From Candidatus Jordarchaeales archaeon (GTDB lineage Archaea > Asgardarchaeota > Jordiarchaeia > Jordiarchaeales > Freyrarchaeaceae), in NCBI GenBank assembly GCA_038858525.1, contig JAWCFL010000026.1, forward strand, positions 1-19,263: a DNA stretch of 19,263 bases, written 5' to 3'. Shown one piece after another: positions 1 to 7,806 of this stretch. The notes under the pieces were generated by a model. It was not told where the DNA came from. It did no database searches and worked only from the letters and a program-made list of their open reading frames with translations. Within the stretch, counting starts at the first letter, position 1. Each line of letters starts with the position of its first letter. Made by a program: the position numbers and the translations under genes.

Positions 1-191
1 AAAGTGTTATTTATTTTGGATGGCATCCATGACCTGCAAGAGACTTTTTTAATAAGTTGGATTAATATTAAAGTGGTTCGTGGTTTAGGTGCCTTAGTTT
101 AGTTTTTAATAAACTGAGCGCTAAAGTGAGAATTAAAGTAATTTGGAGGTATTACGGTACTTTGTAACATAAGTAGGTTGGAGGGTGTGCC

Positions 192-962
192 TTGGATTAT
201 CAGGCCTTGGAGGAAAGGTTGAATTATTTCCTTCGGCTTCGGACGTATCCTGTCGGCGTTAAGCTCGTCAGGAGTGAAAAGGGTTTTCCTGAGAGAGTTA
301 GGCGTCCTAGTGATTTAGGCATGAAGCTTGCCACCTGTCAGGGGGTTTCCCTCGCGAGACGTAATCTTTGGGTTGTTGGTTTTACCGCGGATGATATAGC
401 CTGCATACCGTCAGCTATACTTTATGGCTTCTTAAGGGTTGAGCGTGCTGAGGACGTGAAGGAAGCAATGAAGGCGATGGGTTACAGGGAGACTGACGAG
501 GGATACGAAGAACTTGTCAGCCACTTAACACCACTAATCACTGGGGAGAACTATGGAGTTTACTTTGCACCTCTCAGGAGGATGAAGGAGGATCCTGATG
601 TTCTCTTGGTTTATTGTAACTCGGCGCAGGCAATGAGGTTGATTCATGCCGCTAACTATAAGTGGGGGGTTGTGGCTGGCAGCTTCTTAGGGCTGGCTGA
701 GTCTTGCAGGGCTGTTGTTGAAACTTTGAGGGGCAGGAAGCCTGGAGTATTTATTCCCGGAGCAGGAGACAGAGCCTTCGCGCAGACAGCAGATGACGAA
801 ATAATCTTCGCAATACCGTATGGTATGCTGGAGGGAGTGATTGATGGGCTAGAAAAGGCTGGCGCGAAGGTAGGAGTACGCTATCCCTTTCCAATGATAC
901 CACAACAGCCGCTACCCCCACCCGCATGGACAATTCTAGAAGGAAGAGTCTCGAAGCCTTAA
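192..962 (+). CDS. DUF169-family protein (256 aa, uncharacterised)
   Basis: N-terminal 'LRLRTYPVGVKL', 'CQGVSLAR' followed by a second Cys ('DDIAC'), and C-terminal 'DRAFA..ADDEIIFAIP' fit the DUF169 pattern. TTG start preceded by GGAGGGTG. Confidence 0.72.
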   Translation: MDYQALEERLNYFLRLRTYPVGVKLVRSEKGFPERVRRPSDLGMKLATCQGVSLARRNLWVVGFTADDIACIPSAILYGFLRVERAEDVKEAMKAMGYRETDEGYEELVSHLTPLITGENYGVYFAPLRRMKEDPDVLLVYCNSAQAMRLIHAANYKWGVVAGSFLGLAESCRAVVETLRGRKPGVFIPGAGDRAFAQTADDEIIFAIPYGMLEGVIDGLEKAGAKVGVRYPFPMIPQQPLPPPAWTILEGRVSKP

Positions 963-988
963 GCACCTCCTTTTTTTATAGGATGTGC
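963..988 (+). terminator. Putative terminator between convergent DUF169 and AK6 genes
   Basis: T7 tract at 971-977 just after the stop, inside an imperfect inverted repeat GCACCTCCT...AGGATGTGC (1 mismatch). Confidence 0.4.
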
Positions 989-1036
989 TCGAAGAGGTTC
1001 ATTTAATCTCGTATCAGGTTTTCTCCAAGTTGGAGG

Positions 1037-1615
1037 CTAGAAGTATTTTTCGAGTTCTCCTTCTTTTTCTAGCTGGCGGAGCCAGCTTATTCTGCCAACC
1101 CTGTATTTGTCTCCTCCCCCGGAGATTATTTCTAGGACTTCCTTAATGGTCTCCTCTGGGGTTTTTGATGTCGTGTCGACCTCGTAAACTAATTCCCACC
1201 CGTATGCCTCAACGGCATTATATGTGCATACCCCTAGAATTTCAGCTTGAACGTTCTCCCGGATCTTGCCTTCGCTCCACCCTCTCTCAGCAAGTCTCCT
1301 CCACAGTTCTTTTGGGTGAGTTCTCAGTATGATGGCTTTTTCAACCCAGTCTTTGGGCGTCACTTCAGCATAGTGTCCTTCAACTATTAGTCTTCCTTCC
1401 GCCTCCTCGGCTAGTCGCCCAATTTCAGGTATGAGCCGGTCTACGTCAGCAATGAGACTTCCCCTCTCCGTGTCAACTCCAAGAAAAAGCTCTTTATCCC
1501 TTACAAGGTCACCTAGACTAACCCACTTCACATCCATGATGCCAGATAGTGTGCGGGCAACTGTGGTTTTTCCTGTCCCGGGTGTCCCGCTCAAAACAAC
1601 CAATTGAAATTTCAT
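1037..1615 (-). CDS. fap7: AK6/Fap7 (hCINAP)-type adenylate kinase/ATPase
   Basis: P-loop GTPGTGKT, hhhEGH motif ('LIVEGHY') and 'RL..RGW.E.KI.EN..AE' lid segment, all typical of the AK6/Fap7 family. 192 aa. Confidence 0.88.
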   Translation of the reverse strand: MKFQLVVLSGTPGTGKTTVARTLSGIMDVKWVSLGDLVRDKELFLGVDTERGSLIADVDRLIPEIGRLAEEAEGRLIVEGHYAEVTPKDWVEKAIILRTHPKELWRRLAERGWSEGKIRENVQAEILGVCTYNAVEAYGWELVYEVDTTSKTPEETIKEVLEIISGGGDKYRVGRISWLRQLEKEGELEKYF

Positions 1616-1767
1616 AAGGACCCAACTCCAACAGGTAACGAGGAACTTGTATAGGCACTAGCCAAACAAATGCCGTTTTCGTTTAGGGCGGTTAAAACGC
1701 GCTTATTCTTCGGATAGAGTAATTGTGAAACATACTATGTCGCCTTGGCATCAGCTTGACTTTAAGG

Positions 1768-1790
1768 TATTTTAAATCTTTTCACTTTTC
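1768..1790 (-). promoter_or_regulatory. Putative BRE-TATA promoter for the AK6 transcript
   Basis: Minus strand reads GAAAAGTGAAAAGA-TTTAAAATA, a purine-rich BRE followed by TATA, about 150 nt upstream of the AK6 ATG. Confidence 0.4.
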
Positions 1791-1827
1791 CTCAATATAG
1801 TGAAAGAGGAATTTTTAGGTTAACCAT

Positions 1828-1841
1828 AAAAAGTTTTAAGG
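1828..1841 (+). promoter_or_regulatory. Putative BRE-TATA promoter for the 630-aa repeat protein
   Basis: AAAAAG-TTTTAAGG about 55 nt upstream of TTG 1896. RBS GGAGGTG at 1884-1890. Confidence 0.35.
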
Positions 1842-1895
1842 TAGATTCTCCGTATTTAATGGAAGGAACGTTGTTTTTCTTATGGAGGTGGGTTT

Positions 1896-3788
1896 TTGAG
1901 CAACGGCTTTTTAAGAAGCTTAATAGTTAAGGTTGCGGAGGCCGTGGAGGGGTTCCATAACGAGGATTACGGTTCTTTTGCTATCTCTCTTTTAGTTTCT
2001 ACTCTTCTGAGGAGTGAGAAGAGCGTCTTGGCTTACCTTATGAATGACGTTGTGGGTTTTGTTAAGCGTGTTTCGAAGAGGAATGTTAGAGTTACTCTTT
2101 GGGGGGACTGCGGCGCGAGACTTGCAAGGGAGGGAAAGGTGGCTGAGGCAGAGGAGGCGTTTAGAATGGCCTTAGAGGACTTAAAGAATATGGAGGAGGG
2201 AAATGTGGGGCAGGTTTTACCTAAGTTGGCTGTTAGGATGGCTGAGGCTGCTGCAACCAGTGGTCAGAAAAAATTTGTAGATATGATTTTTGAGGGATTA
2301 GCTTATGCTGACGCGTTTAGCAGGATGGCTGCTGTTGGGGCGGCTACTGTTGGTTTGCGCTTGCTTAGAAGCGAGGAGTTTGAGGGAGCGTTTAACATGT
2401 TGATCGATGTCTCGGAAAGGTATGGCGTTCCAGGTAGATGCGTTGAGGTGCTCGTTGAAGTTGCACGGTGGCTTGTAAAAATCGGCGAATATAATGGGGG
2501 GTTAATGCTTCTTGAGGAGGCGCTCAAATGGGCTAGGAGGGAGTTTCGGGATGAAAGAGACAGGCTCCTGATGAAGGTTGCTGAGGGGTTCTTATGGGCT
2601 GCTGAGGCGGCGGGCTCAGTTGAAAATGTTGACAAGGCATGGATGGTGGCATTCGAGATAGAGGAGCCTTACAGGAGGGCTTGGGTTGAGGGCGACACTG
2701 TTAGAGTTTTGGCTAGTTTAAAGGGGGAGAGAGGAGAGAGGGGGCTGGAGAAGGCGAAGGTGATGGCTGAGCGAATAGGGGAGAAGATGGTTAAGGCTTG
2801 GACTATGCGTGACGTTGCGGCCCTACTTTTTGAGGATGGGTTAGTGGAGGATGCTGTGGAGGTTCTCAGAAAGGCTGTTGACGTGGCTAGAAGCATACTG
2901 TCGGACAGGGAGCGGTTGCCCGTTCTAAAGGACATAATAGTTGACCTTGCAAAGATTGGAGGAAAAACTGGTAATGAAAGATTAGTAGAGGAGGCTTTAA
3001 TGCTGAGTGAAGAAGTTAAGGGTGACGTGAGGTATTACTCATTTACACTTCAAAAAATAGTTGTTGAAATGCTCAGAGTTAAGGGTGTGGATGCTAGTCA
3101 TCTGACGCGCGTGCTCAGTGTTCTGGGCATGATGGAGCCAAGCTTTCAAGAGCTGGCGGTGTGTGACGTGCTGAAGTTCGTCGAGGATGAGAGAAAAGAG
3201 TTGGACAAGGTGATTAATTTTATCTTAAGGTGGGCTGAGGAGGTTAAGGATCCCTTTTATAGGGCTTGCATTAGGGAGAGGGTGGCTGAAAGCTTGCTGA
3301 AGGCTGGAAGAGTAGAGGAGGCGGCTTCCCTTATTAGGGAGATACGAGAGGAGGCGGAGAGGCTGGAGGAGCCGATGCGTTCTTCTCTTATAGGGGGGTG
3401 CTCATTGGTCTTGGCTATGATAGCTGCAGCCGGGCGAGGGGACTGGCAGGAGGCGCTCGCTTGTTTAGAGAGACATGCTGACACGAGTCGTAAGCTTGAC
3501 TTCGCCATCCAGATAGCTGGGAGAATGCTTGATGCAGGAGAGTATGACGCTGCTGGAAAAGTGATGGATGAGTTGGAGGTGAAAGTGGATGCTTTGAATC
3601 CCATTCCAAGGTATCTTCTGGGTAGAGAGCTCGCTCTCCTGCTTTTATATGCAGGCTTCAAGCTTAAGAAAGAGGACCTTATTAATAGAGCTGTTAGGCT
3701 TGTGCGGTGTGCTGAAGGCGTGGATAAGAGAGCGGAGTTTCTCCAGGAATTGGTGGAGAGGGCTATTGAGGTGGCAGACTCTATGTAG
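1896..3788 (+). CDS. Alpha-solenoid / TPR-like helical repeat protein (630 aa)
   Basis: Long, E/A/L-rich all-helical ORF with a recurring ~38-40 aa unit 'A...A..I.D...R...L..V...L' (e.g. AWMVAFEIEEPYRRAW, AKVMAERIGEKMVKAW, AVDVARSILSDRERLP, ILRWAEEVKDPFYRAC). No catalytic motif seen. Confidence 0.7.
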   Translation: MSNGFLRSLIVKVAEAVEGFHNEDYGSFAISLLVSTLLRSEKSVLAYLMNDVVGFVKRVSKRNVRVTLWGDCGARLAREGKVAEAEEAFRMALEDLKNMEEGNVGQVLPKLAVRMAEAAATSGQKKFVDMIFEGLAYADAFSRMAAVGAATVGLRLLRSEEFEGAFNMLIDVSERYGVPGRCVEVLVEVARWLVKIGEYNGGLMLLEEALKWARREFRDERDRLLMKVAEGFLWAAEAAGSVENVDKAWMVAFEIEEPYRRAWVEGDTVRVLASLKGERGERGLEKAKVMAERIGEKMVKAWTMRDVAALLFEDGLVEDAVEVLRKAVDVARSILSDRERLPVLKDIIVDLAKIGGKTGNERLVEEALMLSEEVKGDVRYYSFTLQKIVVEMLRVKGVDASHLTRVLSVLGMMEPSFQELAVCDVLKFVEDERKELDKVINFILRWAEEVKDPFYRACIRERVAESLLKAGRVEEAASLIREIREEAERLEEPMRSSLIGGCSLVLAMIAAAGRGDWQEALACLERHADTSRKLDFAIQIAGRMLDAGEYDAAGKVMDELEVKVDALNPIPRYLLGRELALLLLYAGFKLKKEDLINRAVRLVRCAEGVDKRAEFLQELVERAIEVADSM

Positions 3789-3852
3789 AAGTGGGGTTGG
3801 CTTCTTGAGGCGTGCCGTTATTTAACGATTGTTATATTAAATAAAGGGCGAA

Positions 3853-3889
3853 TTATATAAAATATCGATTTTCAACGATAAATATATAT
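3853..3889 (+). promoter_or_regulatory. Putative tandem TATA boxes upstream of the radical SAM gene
   Basis: GGGCGAA-TTATATAA (TATA at 3853-3860) and CGATAA-ATATATAT (3876-3889). RBS AAGGAGGG precedes GTG 3933. Confidence 0.5.
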
Positions 3890-3932
3890 GTGGCCGAGTA
3901 GTAATCATAAGTTGCGAGAAGGGTAAGGAGGG

Positions 3933-5366
3933 GTGCTGACGAGCAACATAACAAGTAGCATTGAGGTATTAAAGTCCACTCTGGATAACAGGCTTGTCAG
4001 GTTCATGCTCAAGAGATTCACCGGGAAGTGTGAGAAAGACGGAGCGAGAAGGCTTAGGGTTGCCTTAGAGCTCTTCGCCGGAATAAGGAAGCGTGCCTGC
4101 TACATGTGTAGCCATGTAGTGAGACCACTAGTGGAGTGGGCTATCGTGAAGGGGGGAGAAGCCTTCGGAGTTTCGGAGGATGAATTGAAGAGACGTTTCA
4201 GTGACGCTTATTGGTGCACTGGGCTCACGAACGTGGTCCTAGGTATAGCTAAGTTCGGGGTTAGGAAGCCTTTTGTTCCGGGGGCGCCGTTTCTAGTAGT
4301 TTGGGATTACACCTACGCCTGCAATCTGAGATGTAAGCATTGTTATGCCTCCGCAGGAGTACCGTTGGAGGACGAGATGAGCTTAGATGAGAAGCTAAAA
4401 GCCGCGGAGAGCCTGGCTGATGCGGGAGTAACGGCTGTGGCTTTCTCCGGCGGAGAGCCACTCGTCAGAAAAGACGTTTTTAGGGTTATGGGCGAGCTCA
4501 AGGAGCATGGGGTTTTTGTAGCTATTGCTACTAACGGCACACTCATAACAAGGGAGATGGCAAGGAGAATTAAGGAGGCTGGCGTCGGTTTTGTCCAGAT
4601 AAGTCTTGATGGGAGCGTGGCGGAGGTGCATGACGACTTCAGAGGTATAACCGGAGCTTACGAGAGAACCATTCAGGGGATAAGGAACTGCGTTGAGGAA
4701 GGTTTATTTGTCGAAGTTTCAACGACGGCGACGAAGACCAACTATGGTGAAATAGGCAAGATAGCTGATCTTTGTGAGGAGCTAGGTGTAAAATGGTACA
4801 TGATATTCAACTTCGTCCCGACCGGAAGGGGGCGCTTCATAATCGAAAATGACCTAACCCCCGAGGAGAGAGAAGAACTCCTCACTTACCTTTGGAGGAG
4901 AATGCATAGTAGAAAAAAGGTTGAGTACCTTTCGACTGCTCCTCAGTTTGCCAGAGTAGCCCTCCAGCAGGAGGGAGAAGCAGGAGTTATGAAAATTCCA
5001 GGGCACTTCTACAACCCCGAACTATACGGGCAACTGAAGAGCCTTGGCGGATTTATAGGTGGATGCGGAGCTGGACGAATGTATGCGGCTTTAAAACCCA
5101 ATGGTGCCCTTCAACCATGCGTCTTCATGCCGCTCACCATTGGCAACCTGAGAGATGATTCTTTTGAGGAGCTTTGGGATATCCACCCGGTCTTTGAAAC
5201 TCTCAGGGATAGGAGCAAGTTAAAGGAGAACTGCAGGTCTTGTCCCTACAGAGATTACTGCGGAGGGTGCAGGGCGAGAGCTTACAGTTACTTTGGAGAA
5301 ATAACAGCCCCAGACCCTGGATGCATAAGGAACAAAGAGTTTTTCGAAGTTATCAAAAGGAATTGA
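3933..5366 (+). CDS. Radical SAM / SPASM-domain enzyme (PqqE/NirJ/AhbC-like superfamily) with ~120-aa N-terminal extension
   Basis: CxxxCxxC (C130-C134-C137, 'ACNLRCKHCY'), 'FSGGEP', 'ATNGT' and 'ISLDG' core motifs. Seven-Cys SPASM region (GGCGAG...QPC...CRSCPYRDYCGGC...DPGC). Confidence 0.93.
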   Translation: MLTSNITSSIEVLKSTLDNRLVRFMLKRFTGKCEKDGARRLRVALELFAGIRKRACYMCSHVVRPLVEWAIVKGGEAFGVSEDELKRRFSDAYWCTGLTNVVLGIAKFGVRKPFVPGAPFLVVWDYTYACNLRCKHCYASAGVPLEDEMSLDEKLKAAESLADAGVTAVAFSGGEPLVRKDVFRVMGELKEHGVFVAIATNGTLITREMARRIKEAGVGFVQISLDGSVAEVHDDFRGITGAYERTIQGIRNCVEEGLFVEVSTTATKTNYGEIGKIADLCEELGVKWYMIFNFVPTGRGRFIIENDLTPEEREELLTYLWRRMHSRKKVEYLSTAPQFARVALQQEGEAGVMKIPGHFYNPELYGQLKSLGGFIGGCGAGRMYAALKPNGALQPCVFMPLTIGNLRDDSFEELWDIHPVFETLRDRSKLKENCRSCPYRDYCGGCRARAYSYFGEITAPDPGCIRNKEFFEVIKRN

Positions 5367-5622
5367 GCCTGCTCCCAGTCGGATACATCCCACATAACCA
5401 TCCTCGATTTAAGTTGCAGGTGGAACTGAACCAATAAATGTAATTTTCAGGTATTGGTTTGGATGAATTAAGAACTTTCGTAATTTTACTCGTCCATTAC
5501 ATTTTTATGGTAAAAATATTTTTCTTCCTTTAAGTTTGGAAGCTTGGTTGCTCAGCCTGGTTTAAAGGTTTCCTTAATTCTCTGCTGGTTAGGGTTGGGC
5601 TTCTTAGTTTTAGCTCTTCTTT

Positions 5623-5640
5623 CCGATAAAAATATAAGGT
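5623..5640 (+). promoter_or_regulatory. Putative BRE-TATA promoter of the MFS gene
   Basis: CCGATAAA-AATATAAGGT ends about 30 nt before GTG 5670. Confidence 0.5.
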
Positions 5641-5669
5641 TTGTGACTGGGGCGTAGTGGTGTTTCCGG

Positions 5670-7004
5670 GTGGTGTCATTGAGGAGCGTCAGGTTTGTGT
5701 TGGTTCTCATGATAACTATTGGCACGTTGGGTCCTATAGGTGGAAACTTGATTCTCCCCATGGTTTCCGTTCTCAAAAACGAGTTTTACACTGACATCTC
5801 TATGATAATGCTTTCAGTTACACTTTTCATGATTCCATCAGCGCTCGTCCAGTTTTTCTCAGGCAGCTTATCGGACGTGTATGGGAGGAGGCCGCCAATA
5901 GTAGTTGGACTTGTTATTTATGGTCTAGGCTTCATTCTGGCGTCCACGACGAGTAACATATGGTGGTTTATAGCCGCTAGAGTTTTGCAGGGAGCTGGAA
6001 ACGCGTTGGCTACCCCTGTCCTAATAGCAGTTATAGGAGACTTGACTGACACCATGAACAGGGGGAGGTGGATGGGATTTTACAGCTCGGCGCTGAGAGC
6101 AGGTATAGCTCTCGCCTCCCTTATAGGAGGAGTAATGGCATACCAGTGGAGGGCGCTCTTCGTGGCGATGGGAGTTATAAGCTTAGCAATTGCTGCTTGC
6201 TCCTGGGTCTGCTTAGGGGGACTTAAAGGTGGGGTTAGGGTGGAAAGCGAGCTGGTAAGAAACTTAAAGAAAACAGTGATGAACAAGGGGGTTCTTGCCG
6301 TAAGTGTGGCAGGGTTCATAACCTTCTTCTCTTACGTTGCCCTTATATCTATCACGTCAGATGCGCTTACAAGCTTCCCATATTTCTTGGACCCCAGCTC
6401 TGTCGGGCTGATTCTTTCAGTAAGCGGGGTCACCGGAATCATTTCGGCCTTTCTGGCAGGGTTTTTAGCAGATAGGTTTGGTAGGAGAACTATTTCGTCG
6501 GTGGGGGCCCTCATTGCATCATTTTCACTAGTAGTTCTCGCCGCCATCACGATTTACCCATCACCTTTCTTCCCATTCTACTATATACCCAACGTGCTCG
6601 GGCAGGACGTGAAGGGAATAGACATCCAAACCCTCGTTTCCATGTTTGTCCTTCAAAGCCTGATGAGAACTGCCACTTCTGAAGCCTTCGCGCAATTCTT
6701 AGTGTTAATGAGTGTCATGGGGATTGGAATATCGCTCACTTGGCCAGCTCTGCTCGCCCTCTCCGTGGAAATTGTCCCACCACAGCAAAGAGGAGCCGCC
6801 TCATCAATCTTTAACGGCACAAGATTTCTTGGATACGCTATTGCGCCAACGGTTTTCGCGCCAGTATATCTTCAAGCTGGACTAGACGCAGCGTTCTTCC
6901 TCAGCGCAATAATGCTTGGATTAGTTGTCGGAATGGTCTACCTAGCAACGAGTAGCAGAGTAAGAATATTTGAGGAAAACGAGGAGCTGAAAGAGGCAGG
7001 GTAA
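5670..7004 (+). CDS. MFS transporter, DHA1/Bcr-CflA-like efflux type (444 aa)
   Basis: About 12 hydrophobic segments. Motif A occurs twice (GSLSDVYGRRP, GFLADRFGRR), with 'ARVLQGAG' (motif B) and 'QRGAASSIF'. Confidence 0.9.
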   Translation: MVSLRSVRFVLVLMITIGTLGPIGGNLILPMVSVLKNEFYTDISMIMLSVTLFMIPSALVQFFSGSLSDVYGRRPPIVVGLVIYGLGFILASTTSNIWWFIAARVLQGAGNALATPVLIAVIGDLTDTMNRGRWMGFYSSALRAGIALASLIGGVMAYQWRALFVAMGVISLAIAACSWVCLGGLKGGVRVESELVRNLKKTVMNKGVLAVSVAGFITFFSYVALISITSDALTSFPYFLDPSSVGLILSVSGVTGIISAFLAGFLADRFGRRTISSVGALIASFSLVVLAAITIYPSPFFPFYYIPNVLGQDVKGIDIQTLVSMFVLQSLMRTATSEAFAQFLVLMSVMGIGISLTWPALLALSVEIVPPQQRGAASSIFNGTRFLGYAIAPTVFAPVYLQAGLDAAFFLSAIMLGLVVGMVYLATSSRVRIFEENEELKEAG

Positions 7005-7007
7005 CTG

Positions 7008-7445
7008 CTACTCTTTCCCGCCACCGACGAGGCCGCGTGGATCCACTCTTCTTATTACCGGTATTTTGTCGAATACCTTGTCTGTTGACACTATGGTTCG
7101 GTCTTGAACCTTGCTCAGTGTGGTGGCGGCATAATATGCGTCGAAGAGGGAGGTGAGACCATATTGCCTCATAAGCGTGAAGGCGAGGAGATCTGTCGTA
7201 GCGTCAGTTTCAAGAAAGACTAGGTTTTTTATGTTAACCAGCGAGGCGGTTCTACTTATGAGCTCGTCTAAGCTTACACCTTCGTTTACTGAGACATAGT
7301 AGAGCTCGTGGAGGACTTCTCTTGAAGCATAAACCTCTCCAAAGCACCCCTCTTCTATCATTTTTATTAGTTTTCTCGCTACGGGCTTAAGCCAATCGTC
7401 AGCTTTCACGTAGGCGTAAAGGACATCGCTTTCGATCAGCATCAT
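7008..7445 (-). CDS. vapC: PIN-domain VapC toxin (first module)
   Basis: PIN acidic pattern 'LIESDVLYA', 'SREVLHELYY', 'SLFDAYYAAT', 'IVSTDKVFD'. Start trimmed to ATG 7445 (or 7442), which follows GGGAAGGGAG. Confidence 0.88.
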   Translation of the reverse strand: MMLIESDVLYAYVKADDWLKPVARKLIKMIEEGCFGEVYASREVLHELYYVSVNEGVSLDELISRTASLVNIKNLVFLETDATTDLLAFTLMRQYGLTSLFDAYYAATTLSKVQDRTIVSTDKVFDKIPVIRRVDPRGLVGGGKE

Positions 7446-7498
7446 TACACTCCCTTCCCCAGCTTCCGCCACACAAAAATAAAAGTTCTTGCTGTCTT

Positions 7499-7750
7499 TC
7501 AGACGGCGCTGCTCCTTCTTTCAGCTCTTCCACGCGCATCCATCATAGCTGCCCTCTCAGCTTCATCCTTCAATTCCCTTGCACTCTTCTCAGTACTTAA
7601 CCATCCCTCTGCGTGCTCACTAGGCTTTCCAGGCAAAGGAATTACCACAATGAAACTTCCGGCGGGAATAACCACGGCTTTCGTGCTTCGAACACCAAAG
7701 TTTCTTGGGAGAGTTAGGCGCCCCCGCTCATCCACCGAAACCACAGCCAT
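7499..7750 (-). CDS. vapB: AbrB/MazE/SpoVT-family antitoxin (VapB, first module)
   Basis: N-terminal 'VSVDERGRLTLP' swapped-hairpin signature. 83 aa, directly upstream of the PIN gene, RBS GGGTGA. Confidence 0.85.
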   Translation of the reverse strand: MAVVSVDERGRLTLPRNFGVRSTKAVVIPAGSFIVVIPLPGKPSEHAEGWLSTEKSARELKDEAERAAMMDARGRAERRSSAV

Positions 7751-7759
7751 AATAATTCA

Positions 7760-7806
7760 CCCATAAAAATCATTTTATCCCACAAAAATAAAATTTTCCC
7801 ACAAAC
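7760..7806. repeat. Three direct repeats CCCAYAAA at exact 19-bp spacing over the vapB promoter
   Basis: CCCATAAAAAT (7760), CCCACAAAAAT (7779), CCCACAAAC (7798). Confidence 0.6.

Noticed and set aside
5364-5470. Selenocysteine read-through of the rSAM TGA, with the GGATGA hairpins as SECIS elements
   Set aside because: The read-through peptide has no recognisable motif, the hairpins do not form a SECIS helix II in the AUGA/GA register, and the gene before copy B ends in TAA.
3789-5669. RiPP cluster (rSAM/SPASM maturase + exporter)
   Set aside because: No credible precursor-peptide ORF, PqqD/RRE partner or peptidase was found next to the rSAM gene.
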